Assembly (NCBI GenBank): GCA_950097015.1
Contig: CATNEN010000011.1
Location: 2,294,001-2,358,000, forward strand
From: Macrostomum hystrix
Taxonomy: Eukaryota; Animalia; Platyhelminthes
Reading direction: 5' to 3'
DNA length: 64,000 nucleotides
Each line of letters starts with the position of its first letter. Within the stretch, counting starts at the first letter, position 1. Below the pieces are notes generated by a model. The model made no database searches. It worked only from the letters and a program-made list of their open reading frames with translations, and was not told the DNA's origin. Below are positions 22,168-35,660 of this stretch, piece after piece. The translations under genes were made by a program, and so were the position numbers.

Positions 22168-23391
22168 ATGCTAGCTCATCTGGCTTCACAAAACGAGTGT
22201 CTCCTTCGTGAAGGCCAATCAAATTTGAGCACAGTTAACGGTAGCCGATCACCAGGCTCTAACGGCATGATTCCCTATCTGTGGATCACCTGCATTCTGG
22301 CCACACTCAACGCTGTCACCAACGGCTTCTCGCTAATTGTATTTGTTCTGGATCGCAAAAATGTAAGCATGCGTCGCCTGCTACTCCTCCTGTCGCTATC
22401 TGAGACTGTGCTCAACATCTGCATGTCTGTGAACCTATGCGTGATGCTCAGTGTTGGAAACGAGCATCAGTTTTCCACCTATCCAAACCGAATCACGGTA
22501 TTGTTCTTCCTGTCATTCATGCTGTTCAATGCTTACATCATGATTCGCAACTGGTGCCTCGTCATGATCGCCGGCAGTCGCTGCGAGGTGGTCAGGAATC
22601 CTTTGAGTACCCGCAGCGGCCAGCTGTTCAGTCCCAGCCGGACTCTGTACGGCTACTCGGCTCTGAGTCTGGTGAGTCTGGCTGTGTACACACCGCGGCT
22701 GTTTGAATTTACCTGGATCGTCTACCAGTTGCCATGCAATGCCAGTCTGCATAACGATTCTAAACATGTTGAATACCTGCTGACAACACGACTGCATCAC
22801 ATCCTTGATGCCATCCCAGCCTACGGTTACTACAAGACCATGGTTCTGTACCCGCTGCAAACCATTCTGCCAATATTTCTGATTGCTCTGCTCAGCTTTC
22901 TCATTGTGGTCACGCTGCGTAGGCGAGAGATGCAACAGTCGCTGCCACAACAGGGTCAGGCAGCAGCCAGGACCAGTCAGGACGCCGCCACCAAGACTGT
23001 CATGGTGCTGATGCTGGCCTTCATTGTATGCGAGCTGCCTACCTTCATCTTCTTTGTGCTCAATAGAACCGTTTTCAAAGCACTGTCCAATTATGAGCAG
23101 GTGAGAACTCACACGACATTCATTGGCAACATTCTGGTTTGCCTAGATAGCTTCAGCAACTTCATCATCTACAGCAGCACCAGCAACAGCTTTCGTGATA
23201 CTGTTCGGCGAATATTTCGCCTACAAGACGGCGCAAAGGCTAGACGCTTGGTAGCGGCTGGACACCAGAACTATGTGCCCCTGAGGGCCTGCGACCCTCG
23301 CCTCAGCAGGGGATATGGTGTTGATGCACCGCTGGCTGCTGCTGCTGCTGCTGAGGTAGCATGTGCACCTGTGGAATATGATAGAATCTGA
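22168..23391 (+). CDS. Intronless class A peptide GPCR (FMRFamide-receptor/Srw-like), 407 aa
   Basis: Seven hydrophobic segments. TM3 RNWCLVMIAGSRC (DRY variant), TM4 YTPRLFEF, TM6 F.VCELP and TM7 LDSFSNFIIY are typical of protostome FMRFamide-R-like receptors. Confidence 0.9.
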   Translation: MLAHLASQNECLLREGQSNLSTVNGSRSPGSNGMIPYLWITCILATLNAVTNGFSLIVFVLDRKNVSMRRLLLLLSLSETVLNICMSVNLCVMLSVGNEHQFSTYPNRITVLFFLSFMLFNAYIMIRNWCLVMIAGSRCEVVRNPLSTRSGQLFSPSRTLYGYSALSLVSLAVYTPRLFEFTWIVYQLPCNASLHNDSKHVEYLLTTRLHHILDAIPAYGYYKTMVLYPLQTILPIFLIALLSFLIVVTLRRREMQQSLPQQGQAAARTSQDAATKTVMVLMLAFIVCELPTFIFFVLNRTVFKALSNYEQVRTHTTFIGNILVCLDSFSNFIIYSSTSNSFRDTVRRIFRLQDGAKARRLVAAGHQNYVPLRACDPRLSRGYGVDAPLAAAAAAEVACAPVEYDRI

Positions 23392-23889
23392 TTGCCAGAA
23401 ATATTGCTGAATTTTTTGCCAGTTTCTAGACTCTAGGGGGGGTAAGGCTAATAAATCTAATTCTTGGAAAAAAGAGGACTTTAAAATCGAATGAATTTTC
23501 TGCCCGTTTAGGAAGTGAATTTTTAGCAAATTTTTAGCTAGAATATCACCTTCATATGCTCGAAACATGTCTCACACTCGTTAAATCAAAGATAAAATTT
23601 TCACTTCTCTATTTTTATTGCAATCCGAAAAAACTGTGCATAATTCGTTATCAAATGTCCATAAAAATTTCCATCAACTAACAGTTCAAAAATGATATGC
23701 ACTACTTTTTTGTCATTAGACTGATCATAGGTAATTGTCTATTGTGTTTTAATGGAAACTACGAGCATAATTATAAAGATTTGTATTTAGGTATCAGTAA
23801 TATGTGTAATCAATAAATTTCTTAAGTAATAAAAATATACAAAGGCGCAATATTCCTTGAATTTTTTTTTCAATATTGAGACTTGAGAG

Positions 23890-24545
23890 CTCTGTAAGCC
23901 AGAGTGAGATAGGGAGTAAGGGAGAGAGACTGGTAGAGAGAGGGGAGAGAGAGGGAGAGTGGTAGAGAGGGAGGGAGAGAGAGGGAGAGTGGTAGAGAGG
24001 GAGGGAGAGAGAGGGAGAGTGGTAGAGAGGGAGGGAGAGAGAGGGAGAGTGGTAGAGAGAGGGGGAGAGAGAGGGAGAGTGGTAGAGAGGGAGAGTGGTA
24101 GAGAGAGGGGGAGAGAGAGGGAGAGTGGTAGAGAGGGAGAGGAGAGAGGGAGGGAGAGAGAGGGAGAGTGGTAGAGAGAGAGTGGTAGAGAGGGAGGGGG
24201 AGAGAGGGAGAGAGGGAGAGTAGTAGAGAGAGAGTGGGAGAGAGGGAGGGGAGAGAGGGAGAGAGGGAGAGTGGTAGAGAGAGTGGTAGAGAGGGAGGGG
24301 GAGAGGGAGAGAGGGAGAGTGGTAGAGAGAGTGGGAGAGAGGGAGGGGGAGAGGGAGAGTGGTAGAGAGAGTGGTAGAGAGGGAGGGGGAGAGGGAGAGA
24401 GGGAGAGTGGTAGAGAGAGTGGGAGAGAGGGAGGGGGAGAGGGAGAGTGGTAGAGAGAGGGGGAGAGGGAGAGTGGTAGAGAGAGAGTGGTAGAGAGAGG
24501 GGAGAGAGGGAGAGTGGTAGAGAGAGGGGAGAGAGAGAGGGAGAG
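23890..24545 (+). repeat. Purine-rich (GAGAGG/GTGGTA) low-complexity array
   Basis: Directly visible. Confidence 0.95.
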
Positions 24546-24567
24546 AGGAGGACTGTCTCTAACGCCG

Positions 24568-24740
24568 CAGGCACTGGCACGGCAAAAAAGGTGAAGAAGG
24601 TCAGGCAAGATTGAAAAGTGCCGAATTTTTGTCAGGGCAAAATCAACGATTTTCATAAATGCATAGAAAACGGTGTTATATAGGTGTAAGAGAATGATAG
24701 CGAAATGAGCTGTGCGCGTGAATGTAGTATGTTCATGTTT
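24568..24740 (+). repeat. Dispersed ~180-bp repeat, copy 1 (copy 2 at ~25645-25840)
   Basis: Both copies share GCACTGGCACGGCAAAAAAG...GGTCAGGCAAGATT...AACGATTTTCATAAATGCA...GATAGCGAAATGAGCTGTGCGCGTGAATGTAGTATGTT. Confidence 0.85.
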
Positions 24741-25839
24741 GTAAAGTACAGTGGGTCGTAGACTCCAAGTAAAAAGCGCCAAGGATGACTGGTTGTAGAG
24801 TGTGTAAAAACCAACGGCCGTTCTGACCCAAAAAATCGATTAAAATAGAGCATTGAATGATAAGAGAGTGCAGTGGAGCAGAATACGAGAGAAGCAATCA
24901 AAGATTTGTGTTCCGGTTCTAGACGGCTGCGGCAGAGCAACTCGCGTTGTAGTGGCGAGCCACGCTGTCCCGTACTGTAGCGACCAGCCTGTCGGACCCT
25001 CATTGTATACATCTGCGCCAGTTGTTAGGATTTAGGATTTATATTCAATTCAATCATGGGAAAAATGATAAAAAGTTAGGCTGTTTATCGCTCTGAAGCA
25101 CACAATTCAGGCTTTTCAATGCCAACCGCGTGCCTTTCAAACAAACAGATCGTGTCATCTACAGGAACCGACAGGGAGGAGAAAGGGAGAGAGGGGAGAG
25201 CATCCTTAATCCCAGGCGGGAGTGAAATAGCGCAAAATCGAGTATTACGGTCTAGTTAAAATTTGTCGATATTTCGAATACCGTTTTTTAATATTCGTCA
25301 GCGCAGAAAGAAAGCAAGATTTATTGGGCGCGAAAGGATTGCATATATGAATTTTTAAATGCCGATATTAAATCGATCGAAATAGGAAGGGAGAGAGGTG
25401 AAAACCGTTGCATGAAGCCGTAGCCAGAACATTACAATGGCTCAGACACTCTAATGCCGAGTGGCTTCAAAGACTCAACTTCTCAGCGGTCCTATCTGAA
25501 TGCTCTTTAAGTTTTATAAGCAAGCGAAAATTAAAAAAAAAATTTGTGCGTGGTTAGAAGAAACACGAAAGGAAGGATTAACTAACAAATAATTATTGAA
25601 AATGCTGCATTGGCACTTGACACAGCGACAGAAAAAAACTAAAAAAGCACTGGCACGGCAAAAAAGAGAAGGAGGTCAGGCAAGATTTAAAAGTGCAGAG
25701 CTTTCGATTATATTATAATCTTCGTCGGGACAAAATTAACGATTTTCATAAATGCAGTGAACACGATTATATATAGGCGATTATATAAAATAACGATAGC
25801 GAAATGAGCTGTGCGCGTGAATGTAGTATGTTTATGTTT

Positions 25840-26300
25840 GAGGGAGAGAGGGAGACTGGGAGAGAGAGGGGGAGATGGGAGAGTGGGAGAGTGGGAGATT
25901 GGGAGATTGGGAGAGTTGGAGGGTGGGAGAGTGGGAGAGTGGGAGATTGGGAGAGTGGGAGAGTGGGAGAGTGGGAGAGTGGGAGAGTGGGAGAGTGGGT
26001 GAGTGGGAGAGTGGGAGATTGGGAGAATGGGAGAGTGGGAGAGTGGGAGATTGGGAGAGTGGGAGAGTGGGAGATTGGGAGAGTGGGAGAGTGGGAGATT
26101 GGGAGATTGGGAGAGTGGGAGAGTTGGAGAGTGGGAGAGTGGGAGAGTGGGAGAGTGGGAGAGTGGGAGAGTGGGAGAGTGGGAGATTGGGAGAGTGGGA
26201 GAGTGGGAGAGTGGGAGAGTGGGAGAGTTGGAGAGTGGGAGAGTGGGAGAGTGGGAGAGTGGGAGAGTGGGAGATAGGGAGATAGGGAGAGTGTGGGAAA
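25840..26300 (+). repeat. (GGGAGAGT)n octamer array
   Basis: Directly visible. Confidence 0.95.
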
Positions 26301-26821
26301 GGGAGACATGGGCAGTGGCTTGACTGATGAGTTAGGGGAGAATGGAAGACTATAAAGAAGTGTGTAAGAAGTTGGGTTGAGCTAGCGTGCGTTACTGGTA
26401 TATGGCAGTAATGAGTTAAGCCCAGCATCAATTTCCCTGTGAGTGCAATCTAAAAGCACTCGAGCCACAAAGAAGCTACAGCGGCGCAGATTAAATATCT
26501 CATCAAGGAATATCTTATCGTTGCACCCAGCCTCCCTCGTGTTATCCTGGCCTAAGCCGTCTAACGCTGCGACGGATCTGCAGGCGATCAAATTGTACCC
26601 ATCCTTGACAGGCTGATGCGGTGGAACCAAATGCAGTGATTTCATGTATGAATAAACGGACAAATCGGATCGCACGGCATGCATTCTGGAAAGGATATTG
26701 CATTTATTAGTCTGTCTGAGCTCGTGACACACACGGGTGTAGCGATCGATAGATCAACTAAAAATGATATAATCCCAAAAACTGATTCTCTGCGCTTGGT
26801 CGCTCGCAAAACCTTCGTCTC

Positions 26822-28225
26822 TTGGAGAGGGAGAGGGAGAGGGAGAGGGAGAGGGAGAGGGAGAGGGAGAGGGAGAGGGAGAGGGAGAGGGAGAGGGAGA
26901 GGGAGAGGGAGAGGGAGATGGAAAGGGAGAGGGAGAGGGAGAGGGAGAGGGAGAGGGAGAGGGGGAGTGAGAGGGAGAGGGAGATGGAGATGGAGAGGGA
27001 GAGGGAGAGGGAGAGGGAGATGGAGAGGGAGAGGGAGAAGGAGATGGAGAGGGAGATGGAGAGGGAGAGGGAGAAGGAGATGGAGAGGGAGATGGAGATG
27101 GAGATGGAGAGGGAGATGGAGAGGGAGATGGAGATGGAGAGGGAGATGGAGATGGAGATGGAGAGGGAGATGGAGATGGAGATGGAGAGGGAGATGGAGA
27201 TGGAGAGGGAGATGGAGATGGAGATGGAGAGGGAGATGGAGAGGGAGATGGAGATGGAGAGGGAGATGGAGATGGAGAGGGAGATGGAGATGGAGAGGGA
27301 GATGGAGAGGGAGATGGAGATGGAGAGGGAGATGGAGATGGAGAGGGAGATGGAGAGGGAGATGGAGATGGAGAGGGAGATGGAGATGGAGATGGAGATG
27401 GAGATGGAGATGGAGAGGGAGATGGAGAGGGAGATGGAGATGGAGATGGAGATGGAGAGGGAGATGGAGAGGGAGATGGAGAGGGAGATGGAGAGGGAGA
27501 TGGAGATGGAGAGGGAGATGGAGAGGGAGATGGAGATGGAGATGGAGAGGGAGATGGAGATGGAGAGGGAGATGGAGAGGGAGATGGAGAGGGAGATGGA
27601 GATGGAGATGGAGAGGGAGATGGAGATGGAGATGGAGATGGAGATGGAGATGGAGATGGAGATGGAGATGGAGATGGAGATGGAGATGGAGATGGAGGGA
27701 GATGGAGAGGGAGATGGAGATGGAGAGGGAGATGGAGATGGAGAGGGAGATGGAGAGGGAGATGGAGATGGAGATGGAGATGGAGATGGAGATGGAGATG
27801 GAGATGGAGATGGAGATGGAGAGGGAGATGGAGAGGGAGATGGAGATGGAGAGGGAGATGGAGATGGAGAGGGAGATGGAGAGGGAGATGGAGATGGAGA
27901 GGGAGATGGAGATGGAGATGGAGAGGGAGATGGAGAGGGAGATGGAGATGGAGATGGAGAGGGAGATGGAGATGGAGATGGAGATGGAGATGGAGATGGA
28001 GAGGGAGATGGAGATGGAGAGGGAGATGGAGAGGGAGATGGAGATGGAGAGGGAGATGGAGATGGAGATGGAGAGGGAGATGGAGAGGGAGAGGGAGAGG
28101 GAGATGGAGAGGGAGAGGGAGATGGAGATGGAGAGGGAGATGGAGATGGAGATGGAGAGGGAGATGGAGAGGGAGATGGAGATGGAGATGGAGAGGGAGA
28201 GGGAGAGGGAGTTGAGGGAAAGGTT
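26822..28225 (+). repeat. (GGAGAG/GGAGAT)n hexamer array, ~1.4 kb
   Basis: Directly visible; source of the RG/EM/DG ORFs. Confidence 0.97.
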
Positions 28226-28699
28226 TCTTGTTAGAGCAATGGGAGAAGTGGTAATATTCGATGGGAGAACTAATATTCATTAGTCGGTTCCTGTAGATGA
28301 CTGAAGCCGTACTAATTCAAACACAGCGATCTCTCTGTTTGAAAGAGATCGGGGAAAACTGGCGCAGATTTGACGGAAAAAACTAACTTCCAAATCTGAA
28401 TTTGGATAAATTTATTAGAAATTTTAATGTGTTTGTCGGACAACGTATTAACAAAAACTGACGAGTGGAAATTTCTGTTAAACTGCGCAGGTGATAAAAA
28501 TATCGGCTTTATGCATTATCGCTACGATGCAAATTGTTCATTTTAAATCCTTGAAAAACTGCATTGTGATAAATAGTTTAAATGTATGCTGGTATCTAAT
28601 TTAGTATACTTAGGCACAGTGAGAGTGTACACAGCCTGAGGATTAGAAGGCAGATGTACACACTTGTTTAAGTGTGCTCAGGAGTCAGCGAAATTGTCA

Positions 28700-29480
28700 T
28701 TATCTCCTTAATCGAGTTTGAGTAGATCCCCTAATCGAGTTTGAGTAGATCCCCATAATCGAGTTTGAGTAGATCCCCATAATTGAGTTTGAGTAGATCC
28801 CCATAATAGTTTGAGTTGATCCCCATAATAGTTTGAGTAGATCCCCATAATAGTTTGAGTAGATCCCCATAATAGTTTGAGTTGATCCCCATAATAGTTT
28901 GAGTAGATCCCATAAGCGAGTTTGAGTAGATCCCCATAATCTCGTTTGAGTAGATCCCATAAGCGAGTTTGAGTAGATCCCCATAATAGAGTTTGAGTAG
29001 ATCCCCATAATCGAGTTTGAGTAGATCCCCATAATCGAGTTTGAGTAGATCCCCATAAGCGAGTTTGAGTTGATCCCCATAATCTAGATGAGTTGATCCC
29101 CATAAGCGAGTTTGAGTTGATCCCCATAATCTAGATGAGTTGATCCCCATAATCGAGTTTGAGTTGATCCCCATAATCGAGTTTGAGTAGATCCCCATAA
29201 TCTAGATGAGTTGATCCCCATAAGCGAGTTTGAGTTGATCCCCATAATCTAGATGAGTTGATCCCCATAATCTAGATGAGTTGATCCCCATAATCGAGTT
29301 TGAGTAGATCCCCATAATCGAGTTTCAGTAGATCCCCATAATAGAGTTTGAGTTGATCCCCATAATCTAGATGAGTAGATAAGCGAGTTTGAGTAGATCC
29401 CCATAATCTAGTTTGAGTTGATCCCCATAATCTAGATGAGTTGATCCCCATAATCGAGTTTGAGTTGATCCCCATAATCG
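28700..29480. repeat. ~22-24 bp minisatellite GAGTTTGAGTAGATCCCCATAATC
   Basis: Directly visible; abuts a partial reverse SINE-A copy at ~28615-28700. Confidence 0.93.
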
Positions 29481-29929
29481 ATTACTCATACTCAAGTCGA
29501 GTTTGAGTATAATTACAAATCTGTGCTCTTGTCCACACTGGTGTTAGTGTCAGCTATCTCCAAGTTGGCACTCAGTATCCAGCGAGGCTGAACTAATATG
29601 TATTCAACATCGATTTCTGCATCTTCGCGCGGGGCACTCCAACGCGGTATACTCAGCTTAGATTTTGCAATCTTCCCTAAACTCTGCTGTCAGTGTATGG
29701 AGTGCCGCGTAAGAGAGGCTTGTAAGATGAAGGATTAACTTGTTTTTTAGTCTATTTTTTCTCTGCGTGCAAAATTCACTAAATTTTTGTGTGCAGGTGT
29801 CAGGGTGTGAATAGTTTGTTTTTGTTTTTTTGCAGTCAATCTTTTTTTCAGTACACAATTCTTACGATTAACATTTTTCTGTTCTTTTGCTAACTTATTT
29901 ACATTCACTTTGTTTACAGAACTGAGTGA

Positions 29930-30285
29930 GCATAGAATGGATTGCTAATCTATGTAATGAATAGATTAAGGAATAGAATGGATTGCTAATCTATGTAATG
30001 AATAGATGAAGGAATAGAATGGATTGCTAATCTGTGTAATGAATAGATTAAGGAATATAATGGATTGCTAATCTATCTACTGAATAGATTAAGGAATAGA
30101 ATGGATTGCTAATCTATCTACTGAATAGATTAAGGAATAGAATGGATTGCTAATCTATCTACTGAATAGATTAAGGAATAGAATGGATTGCTAATCTATC
30201 TACTGAATAGATGGAGGAATAGAATGGATTGCTAATCTATCTTCTGAATAGATGGAGGAATAGAATGGATTGCTAATCTATGTAC
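29930..30285. repeat. 41-bp tandem repeat GGAATAGAATGGATTGCTAATCTATCTACTGAATAGATTAA (~8 units)
   Basis: Directly visible. Confidence 0.93.
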
Positions 30286-30499
30286 TGTTGTTTTTAGGAC
30301 ATAAAATTTGCTCGCTTTATTTTCTTAGAAGCACTCTCTAGAGAATTTTCACAATGTCTAAGAGTTCTAAATTTAAAAAACCTAAAGTTGAACGAATATG
30401 ACACCAAACTTAATCAAGTTTTTTCTGTGCTTCCTTTGATTGAAAGAAATAACTTACTAGCCTTTGGAAGCATTCCGTAGCAAATGGAGAGTGATAGTT

Positions 30500-30712
30500 G
30501 GAGAGCGAAAATCGAGGTGGTTCTTTCCGTTTCGCTGACTCCTGAGCACACACGCACACAGATACCCTACTCAGGCAACATTGCCCTGACTTTCTCATCG
30601 TCAGGCAGTGTAAACTCTCCACTGTGCCTAATTGGAGGTTGGACCTCAAGGCCGTAAATTGCATGACAAGCCACCAAGCCTTCTCTCTGCGGCTGCGCCC
30701 CAATAGAATTTG
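30500..30712 (-). mobile_element. SINE family A, partial copy
   Basis: TTTCGCTGACTCCTGAGCACACACGCACACA...GGAGGTTGG...CGTAAATTGC...CTGCGGCTGCGCCCCAA is shared with the other family A copies. Confidence 0.7.
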
Positions 30713-31149
30713 AGACTTAGCATAAAAAACACTGACATCTACTTGTCTAGTCTCATTGGGTAGAATATATTTCTACGTATACGTTCTAAGTAAGCCTGAA
30801 TTGTGGCTATAATTAAAGGGCCATGATGTGATGTACCAGACATTTTGATTGGCCAGCTAGATTATGATAAGAAATCTTAGATTAGAATTGCTTTAAGACT
30901 GGAGGCAAACTTATCCAATTATTGATTACACACTTGATTGCCTTCAGTCTGTTGGTTGGGAACTCTGGGAACTCAGCTAATTTGCAGATTACTGGGATCT
31001 TCGATATAAATTGATCGTTAGTCCGAGTTGATGAGGCTGAAATGACGTATAAATTCGCGCAGGATAGGCAGTAAAGATGGGATAAATTTATAGAACATGG
31101 GTACTTAACGAATTAGCTTATGTATGAGTAACTGGGAATAACTGGAAGG

Positions 31150-32210
31150 GAGATGGGAAAATGGAGAGATAGGCGAGATGAGTGAGATGAGACGAGAGAT
31201 AAGTGACATGGGAGATGTGAGGTAGGAGATGGGAGATTTTGGAGATGGGAGATTTGGGAGATGGGAGTTTTGGGCGATGGGAGATTTGGGTGATGGGAGA
31301 TTTTGGAGATGGGAGATTGGGGTGATGGGAGATTTAGGCCGAGAGACAGAGAGGGGCAGAGAGACAGGGGAAGGGGGGAGTTAGAAAAAGGGAGAGAGAT
31401 ATTTTGGGCCTTCTAGACTAATGGGCAGCTAGAAAAAACAAGAATTTACGTACAGAACAATAATTAGGAAGAATGTTTCTGCAATAAAGCAGCAAAACTT
31501 CGTAGAACATTTCTGGTCAGTAAAATAGCTGTTTGGCTTAGCAGAAAAGCAAGATTAACAAATAATAATTAGCATACAACTACTGCAGATTAATTAGTAC
31601 AGATTACTAGTCCAATAAAAATCGATACAAGTTCCCAGTGATTGATAATTTGCGTCGTAATCAGATGACATGTACTTAACTCCAGAGTGCGCCATGACAG
31701 GAATTTGTCGACCAGTATTGAAATATTCTGGGGGACAGTGCATCGTCTGCTATTTAGTGAGTCAGTGCATCGTCGATTTAGACTGGAGAGGCTAAATTGG
31801 GAGACAAGTTAGAGATCAGACGGAGGAGAAATTAGAGATTGGACAGGTGTGAAATGCGAGATTCGATAGGTGTGAAATGCGAGATTCGATAGCGGAGAGA
31901 TTAGAGATTGAAGGAAAGAGTGATGGGAGGTGGGAAAAATGGGAGACGGGAGAAATGGGGGATGGTAGAAATAGGAGATGGTAGAAATGGGAGATGGTAG
32001 AAATGGGAGATGGGAGAAATGTGAGATGGGAGAAATAGGAGATGGGAGAAATGGGAGATGGGAGAAATGGGAGATGGGAGAAATGGGAGATGGGAGAAAT
32101 GGGAGATGGGAGAAATGGGAGATGGGAGAAATGGGAGATGGGAGAAATGGGAGATGGGAGAAATATGGGGTGGGAGAAATGGCAGATGGGAGAATTGGGA
32201 AATGGGGACC
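31150..32210 (+). repeat. Two G-rich GGGAGATGGGAGA(A/T)AT arrays (31150-31380 and 31920-32210)
   Basis: Directly visible. Confidence 0.9.
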
Positions 32211-32424
32211 GATGAGAACACTGATCCATACCGGAGAAAGTACATTGCCATCTGAGCAGCTAAGTCTTAATCTTCTTAGCTTGCCCGTTGAAAAAATGAT
32301 CTCGCTGGCTGGTCAGATTTTATCGATTAATCAATATCCAAGAACCTGCTATGCGATAGGTTCTGACACGGATATAAAATATTATTGGAAATATTTCCAA
32401 TTTTAAAGTTTCTCGTGAGATTCT

Positions 32425-32451
32425 ATCTATCATTCTATCTATCTATCTATG

Positions 32452-32531
<80 letters not shown>
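32425..32531. repeat. (ATCT)n microsatellite
   Basis: Directly visible. Confidence 0.97.
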
Positions 32532-32989
32532 CATAGTCAATATATATTAGCTAGTGAATTGAAGCCATTGTGGGTGAAACTAATGAGCTAGTTTCATTGC
32601 AGCGACACACTTCTTCTTCTCAATGAGATGTTTCTGCTTTCAGCAACACCTGTCGATGAAAGTAAATGAGTTGCCGAATTGGACAGTAATCTGGCGATGT
32701 AATTATTGCTCTGCGCGTCTCCTGTTTGCTGGTTAATAGAAAAGAAACATGTCCTGATCAGCCTCATTTGACCAGTGCAGCAGCTGCTTGGGAATATATA
32801 TTTCAAATAACTCACCTGCTAAACTGCAATACTATAATACTGCTCCACAATCACATGATGTATTTTATGAGTATGAGCAGTATTTTATTGTCAAGTCACT
32901 CAATTCCCAAGTTGAAAAAAGAACAGCGACAAGACCATTTATACTTTTCTTGAGTTTCTACTCTTTGCGTAACTTTCCTCCCGTTATCT

Positions 32990-34388
32990 CTCCCAAATCT
33001 CCCATCTCCCAAATCCTAAATCTCCCAAATCCTAAATCTCCCAAATCCCAAATCTCCAAAATCCTAAATCTCCCAAATCCTAAATCTCCCAAATCCTAAA
33101 TCTCCCAAATCCTAAATCTCCCAAATCCTAAATCTCTCAAATCCTAAATCTCCCAAATCCTAAATCTCCCAAATCCTAAATCTCCCAAACCTCCCATTTC
33201 CCAAATCTCCCATCTCCCAAATCTCCCATCTCCCAAATCTCCCATCTCCCAAATCTCCCATCTCCCAAATCTCCCATGTCCCGAATCCTAAATCTCCCAA
33301 ATCCTAAATCTCCCAAATCCTACATCTCCCAAATCTCTCATCTCCCAAATCTCCCATCTCGCAAACCTCCCATTTCCCAAATCTCCCATCTCCCAAATCT
33401 TCCATCTCCCAAACCTCCCATTTCCCAAATCTCCAATCTCCCAAACCTCCCATTTCCCAAATCTCCTATCTCCCAAATCTCCCATCTCCCAAATCTTCCA
33501 TCTCCCAAACCTCCCATTTCCCAAATCTCCAATCTCCCAAACCTCCCATTTCCCAAATCTCCAATCTCCCAAACCTCCCATCTCCCAAATCTTCCATCTC
33601 CCAAATCTCCCATCTCCTAAATCTCCAATCTCAAAATCCTAAATCTCCCAAATCTCTTATCTCCTAAATCTCCAATCTCCCAATCCTAAATCTCCCAAAT
33701 CTCCAATCTCCCAAACCTCCCATTTCCCAAATCTCCCATCTCCCAAATCTTCCATCTCCCAAATCTCCCATTTCCCAAATCTCCCATCTCCCAAATCTTC
33801 CATCTCCCAAATCTCTCATCTCCCAAATCTCCCATCTCGCAAACCTCCCATCTCCCAAACCTCCCATCTCGCAAATCTCCCATCTCCCAAATCTTCCATC
33901 TCCCAAATCTCCCATCTCCCAAATCTTCCATCTCCCAAATCTCCCATCTCCCAAATCTCCCATCTCCCAAATCTTCCATCTCCCAAATCTCCCATCTCCC
34001 AAATCTCCCATCTCCCAAATCTTCCATCTCCCAAATCTCCCATCTCCCAAATCTTCCATCTCACAAATCTCCCATCTCCCAAATCTCCCATCTCCCAAAT
34101 CTCCCATCTCCCAAATCTTCCATCTCCCAAATCTCCCATCTCCCAAATCTCCCATCTCCCAAATCTTCCATCTCCCAAATCTCCCATCTCCCAAATCTTC
34201 CATCTCACAAATCTCCCATCTCCCAAATCTCCCATCTCGCAAACCTCCCATCTCCCAAACCTCCCATCTCGCAAATCTCCCATCTCCCAAATCTTCCATC
34301 TCCCAAATCTTCCATCTCCCAAATCTCCCATCTCCCAAATCTCCCATCTCCCAAATCTCCCATCTCCCAAATCTCCCATCTCCCATCT
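32990..34388 (-). repeat. C-rich TCTCCCAAATC(CTAAA/TCCCA) ~16-bp arrays, opposite polarity to 31150-32210
   Basis: Directly visible. Confidence 0.95.
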
Positions 34389-34904
34389 CCGATTAGAATT
34401 ATTATTATTATTAACTTAATTTGCCGTTATTTTGTTCTCTGCGCATTGTCATCGTTATGTTTTGAATTTCCAAATGTTTAACTATCTATGCTCACTGCTA
34501 ATCGCTGCTAATGATCAGTGATCACACTAAGTTTAGCCTGTTTTCAAGAGAGATTTTGACAACTGAATAATAATTATTTCAGCCTTTACCCATTCTAAGG
34601 CAGCTTTTTAAAGCGGTAACGATATATCTATATTTTGTTGAGATTATTGCATTTAGTTCTTGGAAGCTGTCTCACAATTAGTTCAAAGAATTCAATTATT
34701 TGTCACGAAGATAAGCCATTTTTCATGTGGCCGAAAAAAATAAATTACGAGCGTATTATACACAGAAACTTACCGTCTGATTTGATATCATAAATCACTC
34801 TACCGTTCTAAAGCATTTACATTTTACTGTTTGTACTGCAAGTAGGCAACTAAAGATGTTTAAATTGCCTAAGGGTTTACGATAGATAAAAACGCACAAA
34901 AATT

Positions 34905-35660
34905 TAAAATCGAAGTTGGAATCGTATATAGAATCGAAGCTGGAATCGTATATAGAATCGAAGCCAGAATCGTATATAGAATCGAAGCTAGAATCGAATA
35001 TAGAATCGAAGCTAGAATCGAATATAGAATCGAAGCTAGAATCGAATATAGAATCGAAGCTAGAATCGAATATAGAATCGAAGCTAGAATCGAATATAGA
35101 ATCGAAGCTAGAATCGAATATAGAATCGAAGCTAGAATCGAATATAGAATCGAAGCTAGAATCGAATATAGAATCGAAGCCAGAATCGTATATAGAATCG
35201 AAGCTAGAATCGAATATAGAATCGAAGCTAGAATCGAATATAGAATCGAAGCTAGAATCGAATATAGAATCGAAGCTAGAATCGTATATAGAATCGAAGC
35301 TAGAATCGTATATAGAATCGAAGCTGGAATCGTATATAGAATCGAAGCCAGAATCGTATATAGAATCGAAGCTAGAATCGTATATAGAATCGAAGCTAGA
35401 ATCGAATATAGAATCGAAGCTAGAATCGAATATAGAATCGAAGCTAGAATCGAATATAGAATCGAAGCTAGAATCGAATATAGAATCGAAGCTAGAATCG
35501 AATATAGAATCGAAGCTAGAATCGAATATAGAATCGAAGCTAGAATCGGATATAGAATCAAATCGTGTATAGAATCGAAGCTAGTATCGTATATAGAATC
35601 GAAGCTAGAATCGAATATAGAATCGAAGCTAGTATCGAATATAGAATCGAAGCTAGAATC
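34905..35660. repeat. 24-bp (2x12) minisatellite TAGAATCGAAGCTAGAATCGAATA
   Basis: Directly visible; recurs at 36560-36980 and 37900-38550. Confidence 0.95.

Noticed and set aside
26400-26730. Possible degraded LTR reverse-transcriptase start (…IVAPS…DGS…)
   Set aside because: Similarity is too weak and the frame has several stops; cannot be supported without a search.
26679-28283. RG/EM/DG-repeat ORFs resembling RGG proteins
   Set aside because: Readings of a hexamer microsatellite.
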